The translations under genes were made by a program, and so were the position numbers. This document shows, piece after piece, positions 28,227 to 41,274 of a stretch of 64,000 nt of DNA (the stretch's first letter is position 1; every line of letters begins with the position of its first letter). Origin of the DNA: Amoeboaphelidium protococcarum X5 (lineage: Eukaryota > Fungi > Aphelidiomycota); the NCBI GenBank assembly GCA_023515725.1, contig JALDTO010000192.1:620001-684000 (forward strand), in the 5' to 3' direction. A model generated the notes under the pieces. The model had not been told where the DNA came from. It saw only the letters and a program-made list of their open reading frames with translations, and made no database searches.

Positions 28227-28363
28227 TGTCTTCTCAATGAATCTTCTTAGTACTGACTATATATAGAGCACAACTCGTCTAATTGCGAAGAGAGTTCGGC
28301 TGATTGACTTCTCACGCCCCAAGTGCAATTGCGAAAAGTGGGAGAAATTACTATCACAAAGAA

Positions 28364-30622
28364 ATGTCTGAGTAATTTAGTACTGGATAATAATCGTTAT
28401 TAGCATAGTCTCCATCGATAGATGGGTTATTGTCTTTATTGGAAAGTCTAGGATATCATGCTTTTGCTGAATGTTTTAAAAGAGACTATTTATCTTATGA
28501 TCTTTGGAGCACATATAGTTGTGACTAGTTTGAGTTGTTGCTTAGACAGTACAATGCTGATTTGACCTTGGCTTAGAAACTTTTTGATTATTTTCATAGC
28601 AATAGCAATGGCATGAAATAATCTCTATCTGATGAAGAGCTGGTAAAGAAAATGGACATGAGTAATAGAGATGCAGTTGTGGAATATATAAAAATCATAT
28701 TTGAAAAGGAAGTAGGACCAAAGTGGACGCCACCTGTTGATGTTCAGTTTAAATCTAATGGGCTTGAAACTGATCTTGAGAGAAGAGTCACATCTGATGT
28801 TTATGAAAAGTTTGATGGCTTGGATGACGTGAAAATTGCTTTAGCAGTGAGTGGAGCAGGTAAGACGCGTCTTTTACTCGAACTGCTGTACTAGTATGGA
28901 GGCTACTACTTTACTTTAGATCCTTTATCTGGTGGCATAGGTTCTGGTGATTTGCGACATTGTAGTCTGCTTGCTGGCAGATTTACTGGTACGTATGGAA
29001 CTGATATGTGACGAAAATTGATTTAGCTTCTGTATTTTGTGCGCATTCTTGTTTGCAAGTTACTGATTGAACAGTATGGCGTCAATTGTCATCCTCAGCT
29101 TCTGTTATGTCAGATGCATCCTTAAGATTATTTTGCTGGAAAAGATTTGTTCTTTTTGATTTATGAAAAGTTGACTACTTTGATGCTAAATGGGAAACGC
29201 ATTTATACATAATATGTTGAAGCAGATATTGTCTTGTTCGGTGAATGCGGCTCATATCCAATATTGGCTATTGATGAGATTCAGAGGGCTCTGGACGGCG
29301 AATTCGTACACTTACTACCTAACAGCACTAATGTCAGGCCATTTTTCTCCTCTCTTATTTATCAAACTAAGGCTTTGGGGGGCTTTAGAAACGTGGTAGT
29401 GGCTGGTACTGGGATAAACTTTAATTTTGTGGAGGAATGTCTGTCATCGGCAACATTTAAAAATATTGCGTTGAGCTATTAACTTATAACTAACTTTAAA
29501 CCATTAAGCTAGCATGAAGTGAAGTATTATGCGAGGTGGTATCTCAATTATCACCGCTGTGACAATGTTGAAAGTGTCGTTTAAAGAGTTGGGGATTTTA
29601 GACTTTGCCATGGTCGGGCTAGATTTATCGCGTTTATCTTGGATGAGTATTTGAGATTGTAAGACATTGACCAAGTTCTTGCTGCATTCATGCTAGGTAT
29701 AACTTAGGTTGAGTCTCCTACATTTCCATTGAAATATTTTGTCTAAGATATGAAAGCTTAAAGGGATCCTCTCATTCGTCATCTTGGCAATGAAACTATG
29801 TATTCTTTACTATCCAACGCGTTGTTCTCATACGTTTTAACTGGAAGAGCAAGAATGATTTTGCAACAAAGCGAGATGTCTGAAATAGTGCGGTGCGGAT
29901 TGGGCTTTGTTGTCAGTGGGTAGTTGGGCCCTGTTACCTCTGTGGATATCCTTGAAGACGCCGTCATTGAGTGTCTGCGCTATTTCATACCATTTAGCAG
30001 CATTGTTTATGAACTTTCCAAATAAGTGGGTATATTACCTCAGCCTGCATCTGTTGGTTACATGTTTGAATATTTTGTCGCTTTTGCTTTAGTGGCCAAT
30101 TTTGCTGGTGATGCCGCCTTGCTGTAGCGTCTTAATGTGTGCAATCACTCCATTGATTCGTATTTGTTGCAGACTAACAAATTTGACGGTAGTAAAGTGT
30201 TTTTTCCAGATCACATGATGGGGCCTGACATCATTTACCGCTGTGTTGCGAAAAAGATTGTGTATATTGTGCAGGTAAAGTTTGTTAACAAAATATCTAA
30301 GCAAGAGCTTGCAAATGCTTGGGACACTACTGATGTGAACAAGTTTAATTGCAAGCGTGGGACCTGTGAAGTTTTGAAGGGATTTTCCAGCAGTCGCCAA
30401 GAGCTATTGAGTTGTATCAATTACGTTCAATAATTTGGTTATAAGATTGAGAGATTGCTGGTAGTTCATTCAGGCTAGAATATTCCGAATTCAGATGGTG
30501 ATGATGATAATGTCACTATCATATCCAAGACAAGTGCGCCTAGTTACTTCAGTGCTATTGGAGAGCTTGACGTTTGGAGATTACTTGACTGCTAAAGACT
30601 CCGCTTCTAAATGCAGAATTGA
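28364..30622 (+). pseudogene. Crinkler/CR-type protein (SAM-like header + P-loop NTPase + restriction-endonuclease-like domain), one in-frame TGA at 29009-29011
   Basis: Walker A AVSGAGKT (~28844-28867), Walker B ILAIDE (~29261), CHGRARF, FFPDHMMGPDII...VQVKF (PD-QxK). A single frame of ~750 codons apart from one TGA. Confidence 0.7.
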
Positions 30623-31285
30623 TACACTTTAGGTGTGAAAGTAAAAATAAAGTAATGATAGTTGAGTCTATTAAACCGTTCAGCATACCAGAAAGTCCAT
30701 TATTTATTGGTGATACCATCTCTGGTTTATCGTAATCTTGATAGCTATCTTCGCAGCGGAAAGTTAGAACTATGTCGCTTAATGTGTAGTTGATTCAGCA
30801 TAGTCAGTAAGTGAGACTTACCACTTTGTACCGCGTCAAAGCTATCAGCGATTACAATTTCTCTACCGCCCAAATTAGCAATACCCTGCATACCAAGACA
30901 TGCATTTAAAATTGATGTGCGATCACCGCTGTCACTGGCTTGTTACATCAACACGCGACGACCAGTCTCACTTGAAACTGCACTGTAACAACTAGAAAAG
31001 ATACGGCGACAAGATTTCAATAGAATCACAATATACAGCACATAAAATATCCATCCCAATTAGATTTAGCAATCAGCTCTTAATCAGGCCCGGAAAAATG
31101 TCGAATGCAGTTTGGATGCATAAGGAACAACATCCGACTTCTTTGATTTCATTCACTCTTACATTTTACATTTTCAAACTTGTAGCTTTTTTATCCGCGA
31201 ATTAAGTTATTTGATTCTAATCTAGCAATATATATATCTTTAGGAGGTTCAATACACATACTGGAGGTTTAATAAATACTGATCT

Positions 31286-33769
31286 ATGATGGATGTGAAT
31301 TTATTAAATTAGTTGGGATACAAGTTGCTCTTGGACGAGTCGTATTATCGCACCACTGTAGAAAGGGGTAACTAGTTGGAGTTATAGAACGCTATTGATG
31401 CTCTCATTCACCTTCTCGACTTATCGTTATAGCCATAAAAGTTTATAGAACTAGATAATTTGGTATAATCTTTGAGTACGCGTTAAAAGTTGTTATGTGG
31501 GCGGATATTTTAATTATACCAATGTCTACAAGTAAAGTCTGATGTTATTAGGCGTTATTGTAAATCCACGTCGTTCTGGCTGGTTTTTGCCAACTAGTTA
31601 TCATTGAACGAAGATTATCTACATCATAGTCATCTTGATTATCAAGGGGAGCTAAAGTGGCCTTAATCTAAGACTGCTATAGTTTATCATTTGCTTAGAT
31701 TATCGAATTAAAGAGTGTCTCCTGAATCGCAAGACTCGTCATTCTAGTGGTTATTGAAAGCCTTAGTGCTGATCTCTAAATTCGATTCGTTATTAATGTA
31801 AACAGTCTGCGAAATTCTGATATAGTATTGTGAAAGTACGCGTAATTTAGATTCTCTGCGTTCTCTTTATGAGAGTATTTTTACTGAAATTCCGGATGGT
31901 AATACAGATTCCACCGCTGATAATATAGGTCCTCGACATTTTGTTTATATCAGACTCAAGTTTACCACCGCTTTGAAAAACATTTGTATGACCTTGTCTT
32001 AACAAGATAATAATACGGAGATCAGGCCGAGGCGGTTATATCATAAGATCATAAACTGTATTGAGTAGAAGAAGCGCGATGAAGTGTTTATATAGTTTGT
32101 GGATTGCCTCTTGTACTGTCCAGACAAATGCCGATATAAAGTCAAGATGGATTTATAGTTTATTGTTGATATCCAAAGTATCGATATGGATTGCCCACTT
32201 GACTTTAAATAGGATGTTGAATAATCTTTGCTATTTGCTGATTTATTGACTTAAACAATGCCAGGGGATTCCGTTCGATTTCTTGCCATGCTGCCGTTGT
32301 AGTTTATAAAGCAGGATGCATTGGACAAGTTCAGACCAAGATTGATGAGGCTGTTACAAGCTAAGTTGGTATAGAACGTGTCTGTATTAAATTACATTCG
32401 GCAAATTTATATAGTGTTTGGTTGTATTTTGGGTTAATCCTATGATGATTAGATCACGTAGATTTGGTGGATGGATAATGTTCCTTCTAACAAGAACAAG
32501 ATTCTGTTTACTCAACTACGGGTGTATCTGGTTTGTATAATTCGGCAAGACCATTAATCTTTAGACATCAACCATTTGGAAAAGCTATCAATGTAAGTTG
32601 ATTATATCACAACCGATTAGTAATAATAAGCGAGTCTGATGGTGGCTTTGTGCAAATATATGAGCGGGAACGGGCCTAAAGAGTGGGATTTGAGTTAGCT
32701 GATACCTGCATTCTATAAGCTTCAAGATATGTAGAAATCTGATGGAATGGATGATGGCTTAGAATCCCGTCTGAGCTTTTGGACCAAGTTAAGTGAGCTG
32801 ACTCTGTTGGTTCATGTCTTTAATAATCCTGATATTGATTATGTTAAAAATGTCGATGATGATGATAATGATTACTTTAATATACTGAATGCCAATGTAA
32901 GGTAGATTGCTCAGTCTTTATCTAAACTGGCGCGAGATGTTGAAGTAGAGGAAGGGGAGGACGAGGATATGTAGTTGTAATCCATGAAATCTGATACCGA
33001 TCTAAGTGATGGCCTAGATGCTTGTTTGAGTCTGGATGGTGATTATTTGAGTGAACTCTTGATTTTGCTTACTAGCACTTAATTACATAATATTTTGCGA
33101 TAGTTGGATTCATTATATCCAGTTGATATACTTGGTTAGGTGGACGCGATTCTCTTGCATGGTGGAGGAGATTTATTATCAGATGTAAGAGTCAAATAAA
33201 GTACATCACTTTTGATGTATCACGCTTTGCTTGTACTAATCCAACGGATGAAACTAGATATAAAGTGTTCATGGACTGTGAAAAAGGAAGCTGAGCTGTC
33301 TGTTCTATATTCTCAGCTGTCTAAAGTTTGCTTACATCGAAGCATGGAACGCGAGGCTTTACATCTCTCACACGCTGCACTGCTCTCACTCTTACAGTAG
33401 GATGCCTTGTAATCTAGTCTAGCAGATTTACTATGTCTTAATCTTACAGTTCTCTTTTACTGTTTCTACTAGTGGAAAGAGTACTTGTTGTGTGTAATTG
33501 TAATTTAGCACTTGAAGAATCACTGTGGCAAAGAGTTGTAAGATAAGGTGGATCAAAGGTTTACGGAGCGTCTGCTGATGCTTGCAGTTAATGAGAAGAA
33601 AGTCTCATAGAGTATGCTCAAGTTCCTGCACGATAAGAATGCCCTAGAATTTCTCTGGTACCACTTTCCGTACTTATCCAATGGCTTACATGGTAATGTA
33701 CGTTGTGTATCTCCCGGTGATCTAGTCCTCTTCCTCTAATCTGAAGTATTCGACTTGTTCATTTCTTGA
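31286..33769 (+). CDS. Hypothetical Leu-rich, probably alpha-solenoid protein (~827 aa)
   Basis: Long frame under TAR=Gln from ATG 31286 (segments spot-checked). First TGA at 33767-33769, but the frame stays open to ~34066. Confidence 0.65.
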
Positions 33770-34001
33770 CTTTTTGGTATCAGGCCTATCAGTCTAAATG
33801 GTGTACAGCAATAGGAGTTTTATTAGCTATTAAGAATCTAAATAGATGGCACTTTAATAAATTTACATAGTCTTTAATCACTATCAAGTTTCGTTCATAA
33901 TCCATGCACTTACTACAGTCAGCGCCTTAAAATCACAGCGTTTTCACTCTTAACAATGTTCAAAGCAATATCCAGCCAGGTTCATAATCAAGGTGATCTA
34001 G

Positions 34002-35480
34002 TCAATTTAAAGCATTTTAGACTTGATATCCACCTAATTGTTAACCATGTCTAAAGACTTGAGTGAATAAATCGATAGCCTACTAAACATCCTCAGCCCC
34101 ACAACACTCTCTAATACTGTGCATACTCAGCATCGCATTTCCCACATCCACAGTCTATACACCCATCTTGGTGGATAGAATAGGTCCTATAGTACTTCCA
34201 CATGGAGAGTCGTTGCGCACCACAAACTCTTATAGCTTTAAAGACTTATTATTATTACCACCATTTGATGCAATCTTCTTGTTGTAATCCTGCGCAATCT
34301 GCTTAAGAATTGAAGACCCGATACTAGTAGTGGCATATCTCTGATTAGCATTAATCTTGATAGTCACACCTTCATTCATTACGGGCTAGTGATTCTGCTC
34401 ATGTTTATCAGCATAATTTGGATGTATCGCATGAGCCATATCTGCAGAGATTAGTAAAGAACTTGCCATACAACGAGATAATGCAGATTCAACACTTCCC
34501 ACACTCGACGAGTCTTTAGAAGAGGCAAAAGATGAGACAATTCTATCCAAAACTGAAGGTAAAAAATTGGAATTGGCACCATAAGCAGAATCAGAACCAA
34601 CCTCCTCATTATCGAATAAAATGACCATAGATATTCCACACTCATTCGATTGATCACCACCTGCACTATTCAGCAATGCCTCTACAGCACAGTAACTCAT
34701 CATCAGATTATCCAATCTAGGACTGAATATGAACTCATTCTTCAAACCACCTAGTCTAGCAGGAACTGTATCATGTAGACACAGTTCAAAATCAACAATC
34801 TAATTCATAGTCTTCAGTTGCAACTTCTCAGTAATTAATGACAGTAAAGCCTCATGATGACTTTTACGAATATCTGACCCACTATCATCATTAGTCACCT
34901 TACCACCGTCATTCTACTACGACACCCTATTTAACAGAATAGGCTATAACTGAGATTCATCATTAAATTTAAAAGACTCCTTCACTGTTCTATCCAAATG
35001 AATGGCCAGAGTTGGTATACGCATAATGGCATCATTACCAAAGCTCACCAACCTGGATTCCAACTTTTCATCAGCACCACTCTTGACAACTACACGACCA
35101 CTCATGGATAAATCTCTATCAAACCAAGTGTGCCATAAACCGCCACCATACGTCTAAACACCAACCAAGCCATATCCGGAAGCAACTTTCCGACTACGAG
35201 GCTTCACCTTGAGACATGGAGAGTCGGTGTGCGCAACGACAATGCCAAGCGAGCCACACTTATCCTTGTTAATCTGGAAACCACTTCCAATCTTGAACGC
35301 AATCACAGATGACTAATTTCTAGTAACAAAGTACGACTTGCCAGCCTATAACTGCCAATCCGCACCACCCTCTGATAGTTGTTAGAAATTGGCAGACAGC
35401 AGCCTCTTCTTCACATTATCCACAGCATGGAACGGCGAGTAACTAGTAGATAAAAATTCTAAGCAATCTTGAATCGTCAT
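34002..35480 (-). CDS. DNPEP: Aspartyl aminopeptidase (M18 family)
   Basis: SPFHAV, AHTDSPCLKVKP, GV(Q)TYGGGLWHTWFDRDL, SPRLDNL, FDNEEVGS, SADMAHAIHPNY, (Q)EFVVRNDSPCGSTIGP, MHSIRE. Confidence 0.95.
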
Positions 35481-35981
35481 ATTTCTTCTCTTTAACATTC
35501 AACTTTATCACTACTGTACAATCGATGAAATCTTAAGTTTCCAGTAGGTACTTTGATAGCAGGTACAAGTTAACAGCTAAAGCAAAACAAGTCAACAGCT
35601 GAACGGAATGGGCGAAGAGAAGAAAAGAGCCTCGCGACTCAAAAACTCGCATTTGGTCAAATAAGGAGCTGCTTTGGTAGTCAGTCAGTCAGTCACCTAC
35701 TAGCATCAATCACCTTAATTATACATTGGATGGAACATTTTAGATAGGGCCATCTTAGATAGAGCTTTGTGAAGCCATCTGTTATAGTTATGTTGTAAAG
35801 CAGTATTTTGGCAGTTTTGACTATCAGCACTCCTGACAGGGGTTGTAGTATTACAGTACAAAGGGGCGATTCAATGATCGATATTTATACCAGTTAAAAT
35901 GGCTGATCTACCGCTCATCTTGCTTTGCTTCTTAATAACTTTATAAGTCATTTCAAATTAGTAGTAAGTTGTAGGAAATAC

Positions 35982-37162
35982 ATGATGAAGTTTATGATAT
36001 TGAGTGTCGCGTATGGTTTGATTTTGGTTACAGCGGGTCGCGCTATTGGACAATACACCGATTGTATCTGATACTGGCGTTGAGGAACTGCCAGTCGATT
36101 CTTATGATAATGAAATTCAATTTGAAACTTTTGGCGGTGATGTTGCAGATAATGGATTTGATTTTGCAGGTGAAGATACCCGTGGTGAAGATTTTTTGCT
36201 GATTAAAGAAATCTAAAGGATGCTGTGGAATAAATGACCGCCGCTGTTGCCTCTAATGATCTTGCACTGTACAAGTAGGCATGGTTCAGTGTCAAGTATG
36301 ATACCTGGGGTGAAACTTCACCTGTATTCCTACAGGCTTGCTCATAGGGACGCGTCGAGATGGTATAATTTGCTCTGAGTGAACAGAAGCCTGCAGGTAA
36401 TCGCGGCGTAAACATATATTTGGGTAGATACAATATGGAGCAGTGCTTCGACCGGGCTTTATAAACTGGATAGTCATCAATATTGAGTTTATTGCTGGAG
36501 TACTCTGAAGACATGAGTGTGGTATTTAGTATCTGGACGTAGAAGGCTTTGAGGGGGAATGATGCGCGTCCTATTCAGTTTTTGTATGAGGCCGCCTACT
36601 TCAGGGACAACATGTTGAGTAGTTACATCAGTCAAGTGGTAAAGTCTCCAACCCATGCAAATACTTTATTAGATTTGATGGATATATACCCGCCTCAATA
36701 ATATGTTTTTGATTTATTGTGGGACAAGCTGAAACAGGAGCTATCGTTAAATCTTCTGTCTCTGCTATTGAATTTCCCAGTGTCTGATGTGAACATGTAA
36801 ACGGGATTAACGAGATTTTGAATGAGGAATTGTTTCGTCCTCTGGCAGACGCTGGCAAGGTGGCTCAATTGTTCAAATTAATTATTAGTAGGAACGTTTT
36901 GCCTGCTTCTGATATTCTGTAGTACTTTTAGTTGGCGGCGTTGGGCGGTAATGAGAGTATCATATTCAGTATTGGGTATTCGCCAGCCGTTACGCGATGG
37001 GATATTCGCCAAATTATAAAAGCTTTGCCTAAATCTAAGGATTCACCTCGTAAGATTCTCATGCAGCTTTTGAAGACGAAGCCAAGAAGATCTTTATGGC
37101 GGTGGTTGAAGGATTTAAAACTGCACCAGAGAATGAAGAATTGGTTCAGTCGTTCGCCATGA
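35982..37162 (+). pseudogene. Secreted ankyrin-like orphan, paralogue A (frameshifted)
   Basis: Signal-peptide-like MMKFMILSVAYGLILVTAG; frame changes near ~36035, ~36195 and ~36805; motifs collinear with 37421-38497. Confidence 0.6.
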
Positions 37163-37420
37163 TAGGAATTCTCTATTATATAATAATGTTTAAGAATTTA
37201 GAATATACATAGGATATTTTATTTTATGAGCGGTCAAATTTTACTTAATGTAAGCTCTTTTCAGCTTAGAGTAGACACAGCGTGTCAGGTTCGTAGTTTC
37301 ATGATTGGATGCTGCCTCAAGGTTGCAGTCTCCATGCATCTCGTGTGAATTATCTCAACAAAATCACCGAAACTATTTTCTTTGTATAATGCAATACATC
37401 TGATAATATAGATAGGCATC

Positions 37421-38497
37421 ATGTTTTATCAAAGAGATATTTTGATCTTGATGCTGGTATTCATAGCGATTATTGCTTGGAAATCGGGTGTTGATGCTAC
37501 CGAAACGTTGTTGCCTGAGAGAGAATCCATTATTTACAAGGACGGATGGCGTTAGGAAATAAATTATAAACAACCTGTAGATCAACTGACATCTTCCTTA
37601 ATAAACAGTGAGAATATTCGCGCCTTAAAAGCTGCGATAACATAGAATGATATTGCATTGTTTCAAGAAGCTTGGGTGCCTGGTGATCCTCAGCTGGTGA
37701 TGAAGTTGACTCCTTCGTTACTTAAAGCGTGCAAATAAGGACAGAGAGAAATAATAGCAATCGTCGTCTAAAAGTTCTAGGGCGCATAACAGTCATCTGC
37801 CAATTAGTTTGCTTAGTTTAGACGACAATGCTTTGATCAGGCTGTTGAATCTGCCTAACCAGAAGTGATAACATAGTTGATGCTCGTTGAAGACCTTCAT
37901 TCGTAAGATTTGACGTCCTTGTTGGCACATCTCAAACTGCAAGTCGTGCAGGCTTCACTTTCAGAAGACTTGGATAAGATTCGTCTATTCTACTAGGCAG
38001 CTTATCCCATCGACAGTCTGTTAAGTTAAGTTTTGCCGATTCTCGCTGTGTTGGAGGATTTGCCGATATTAAGGTCTTTATTTGAGAACTATCCGCCAAC
38101 TGAACGATTTCTTAATATCTTGTGGCAGTTGGTAGACCCTGAACACGTTGAATTATTGCCACTATTGCTAGAACAACCCATGGTTGAATAGAATATCAAG
38201 ACTTTCAAACGTGTAATGGCTGCTTACATGGGCGGACCTCAAGTTGAAGCTCGGTCTGCTGTGGCGATATTTAGAGCAGCTTTATAGCAGGAGCTTTTAT
38301 CTAAGGGAGAAATTTTAATGTACTTTCGGTAGGCTGTGCAGAAATAGTCTGTTTCCCTTATTGTGGTTATCGGAAAGTCACCACACATAACAGCAGAGGA
38401 ATGCAAATAGGAAAAGGGCCATTTTATGCTTGTTAAACGTCCTAAAATATGGAATGCCTTATCGTGGTTGATACATTAAAAATTAAAATCTTAATGA
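37421..38497 (+). CDS. Secreted ankyrin-like orphan, paralogue B (358 aa)
   Basis: Intact frame under TAR=Gln; signal peptide MFYQRDILILMLVFIAIIAWKSGVDA; LLKACKQGQREII and QCFDQAVESAQPEVI helical repeats. Confidence 0.72.
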
Positions 38498-38781
38498 ATA
38501 AAAGTTGACATCCAAAAGTATAGGTTGATCTTAGAACTAGTAGTCGTTCTGAAGTTTTTTTGAATGCCTTGGCTTGGCATGCAGATAACGGCAAGTATGA
38601 CGCGTTCAATTGTCGAATCTTTGCTCTTATATCTTAATAGAACCGACATAAATTCTACAGTGATACACAAATACCCCATTGTTTAGTTTTGCGAATCAAG
38701 GGGGATCATTTTGAGGCACAAGATCTGAGAGAGTTTTTTCACTTTTCCTGCTGTTTTTCAATTGATCCATAGCATAAAATT

Positions 38782-39264
38782 ATGGAATCGAATAAGCGAA
38801 AATTCCAAGAGCTGGATGCTGATAATGAGGCCCCGGTTGGAAAGGAATCTTACAATTAAACAGACGATGCGGGCGTTTAGCATGTCAACTGCGAAGATCA
38901 CGAATTCTCCATAGATAGAAAAGGAAAAGGCAAAGCTAGAATGATTCTAGATCCAGAAGCATCACAGGTGAATGAGCTTCCCGGTGATCTTGATGATCCC
39001 GATTATGTCGAGTCGGAGGACGAGGACTTTGTTCCCAGTGACGATGACGCGGATGATTATTCAGATTCGGACTCTGAAGAAGAAGGTGACTATTATTCAG
39101 GATACTAGGATTAAGATGCTTCACAAAAAGAAGAACCCAGGGAAGATGATGATGATCAGCGAAATTTAGAAGGCGATGTTGAACGACAACAAACTCAAAC
39201 AAACTAAACATAGCAAGGATCCTCAAGATCATCTTAATCCCAAAGCTCGCGTCAATCTCAGTGA
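38782..39264 (+). CDS. Small acidic protein (possible histone-chaperone-like)
   Basis: MESNKRKFQELD..DRKGKGKA..DPDYVESEDEDFVPSDDD; TGA 39262-39264. Confidence 0.6.
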
Positions 39265-39477
39265 TTATATTTGTATTAAAGATTATTAGTACATATATTT
39301 ACATCTTTTCTATTTTGGTCAAATTTAGACAGGTTAAGTTTGTATGCTCAGCGTTAACCACATGCTTGCAATGCGAAACCGAGCAGAGTTGCCATTATTG
39401 TTTCTGTTTCCGTATAGGATCGATCATCATATTGTTTGAAGCAAAACTATTGAACCTGTAGAATAAGCCCATTAATT

Positions 39478-41094
39478 ATGAAGTCTATTGCCAAGAATTT
39501 TGGAAAGTTGAATCAAGTAAGATTTTATATATATATATCTGATAAATGTCTAATTGAAATCTTTGCTAGTGTAGTTTGTCGGAGAAAAGGTATCATATCA
39601 CAAATCTCATCAGCCATTACAACAAGACTTTTCTGGATATAATCGTTGATATTGTAGTTTGCCGGTGCAAGTAAGCATGAAACAAGTCAAGAGTTTAAAG
39701 AGCTGGAGGCAAGGACCGAGGCTAGGAAGGATGCTATTGAAGCTATCCTCGAAGCATCTAATGCTTATATGAAAACTCTGGAGAAGAAGAAGGAAACTGC
39801 ACTGGAGAAGGGTGCCAAATAGTTGCCTGTGGAGAACCTCGGTGGAGCGATGATCGATCATGGCTCAGATCTACCTGAAGAGTCAGAGTACGGTAAAGCT
39901 CTGCTCAAAGTGGGTGAAGCTGAGAATATGGTCGGCAAGATTCAGCAGGAGTTTGCAGCTACTGGGCGAGAATGTTTCGTTGCCAGATTGGAGGAGTACA
40001 TGCAAGAGGTGAAGACGTACAAACATTTGAAAAGTAAGCTGGAGAACCGAAGATTAGATTACGATGCAAAGGTGAATCGCTTGCAGAAGAGTAAGAAGGA
40101 GAATCCCAATTTGGATGAGGAGATGCGTGCCGCCTAGCTAAAGTATGAAGAAACTTTGTAAGAGCTGGAGACTCTGATGATTTCGCTGAATGATAAAGAG
40201 TAGAATCAGTTGGACGGACTGATTTAGTTTCTTGATGCTCAGTACGAGTATCATCAGAAGGCGGTCGATCTACTGGGCGAGTGTAAGCGCAAGTTGGCTA
40301 ATAAGCAACTAGCAGGTAATAGACTGCATGGGCCAAAGAGTTTCTTCTCAGCTTCCTAATCCAGTTTGAACCAGAATATGGAAGGTGTGAAGGTAGGCGA
40401 TCATCAGAGTGAGCAATACGATTCTTTTAGCAATGAGACTCCGCGCAAGGTGCCTGTAAATGGAGTTTAAATGCTGCAACCAGACGGTGGTGCTTTGTAG
40501 GTGCCGCGTCAGAATAGACTTGGTTCTGCAATGACTTACAGCACTGCTAGTGGCGGTACAACTGCTATGCCCAGTCGTCAGGTGAGTGAGTATCAGTAGG
40601 GTGAGAACGTACATCAGCGCCAAGTTCCAACAGTGCCTGAAACTAATGCTCTAAATCGTAAAATTGTCAGAGCTAATTACAGCTTTACTGCGGAGAACAA
40701 GAATGAGCTGTCTTTGAATAAAGGAGACGTGGTGACTGTCATCCAAGAGGTGGATGAAGGTTGGTGGATTGGAGACTTGAATGGAAAGAAGGGTCTATTT
40801 CCTGCTAATTACGTCGAGGTTCTCCCTAAGTCTGTAAACGGTAGTGGATCTAACCCAAGGCTGGCCTCCACTTCTACTGAGAATCTTTAATATCAAGCAA
40901 AACCTGCAGTAAATTTTGCTAATAAGCCTAGCTTTGGCTAATCAGGAATGGCGTAGTAACCTCAGATGCCACAAAGGGATACAGGTATGCCAAGTAGGAC
41001 ATCTGCGGCTGCTAGTAGTAATATGACTAGATCTGGATCATCTTTGAATCTATTGTCTTCTAATAACACTAATGCTAACAACATTACTAATTGA
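39478..41094 (+). CDS. Endophilin-like N-BAR + SH3 protein; introns 39517-39574 and 39590-39657
   Basis: MKSIAKNFGKLNQ|FVGEK|FAGASKHETSQEFKELE; KLENRRLDYDAK; SH3 ANYSF..NELSLNKGD..WWIG..GLFPANYV. Confidence 0.88.
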
Positions 41095-41274
41095 GGACAT
41101 GCTGCATGATGTGCTGATGGTTTGTGTGATGAGATTATTGAGTATGTATTTAAAACTGACCAATGCAACAACTGCTTACATTAACATTGACGTGTGACAT
41201 GTAGTTCTACTATAAATGGTAATGTCTGATCAGAAATGAGACGAGATGATAAAATTGAATTTAAGCTTCATAAT

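Noticed and set aside
28989-29026. GT...AG intron that would remove the CR-gene TGA
   Set aside because: Candidate lengths of 38 or 34 nt break the frame that continues to Walker B.
35964-36033. GTAAGT...TTACAG intron at the start of paralogue A
   Set aside because: Splicing from the upstream ATG 35899 leads into a frame closed by TGA and not matching paralogue B; cannot be fully excluded without RNA data.
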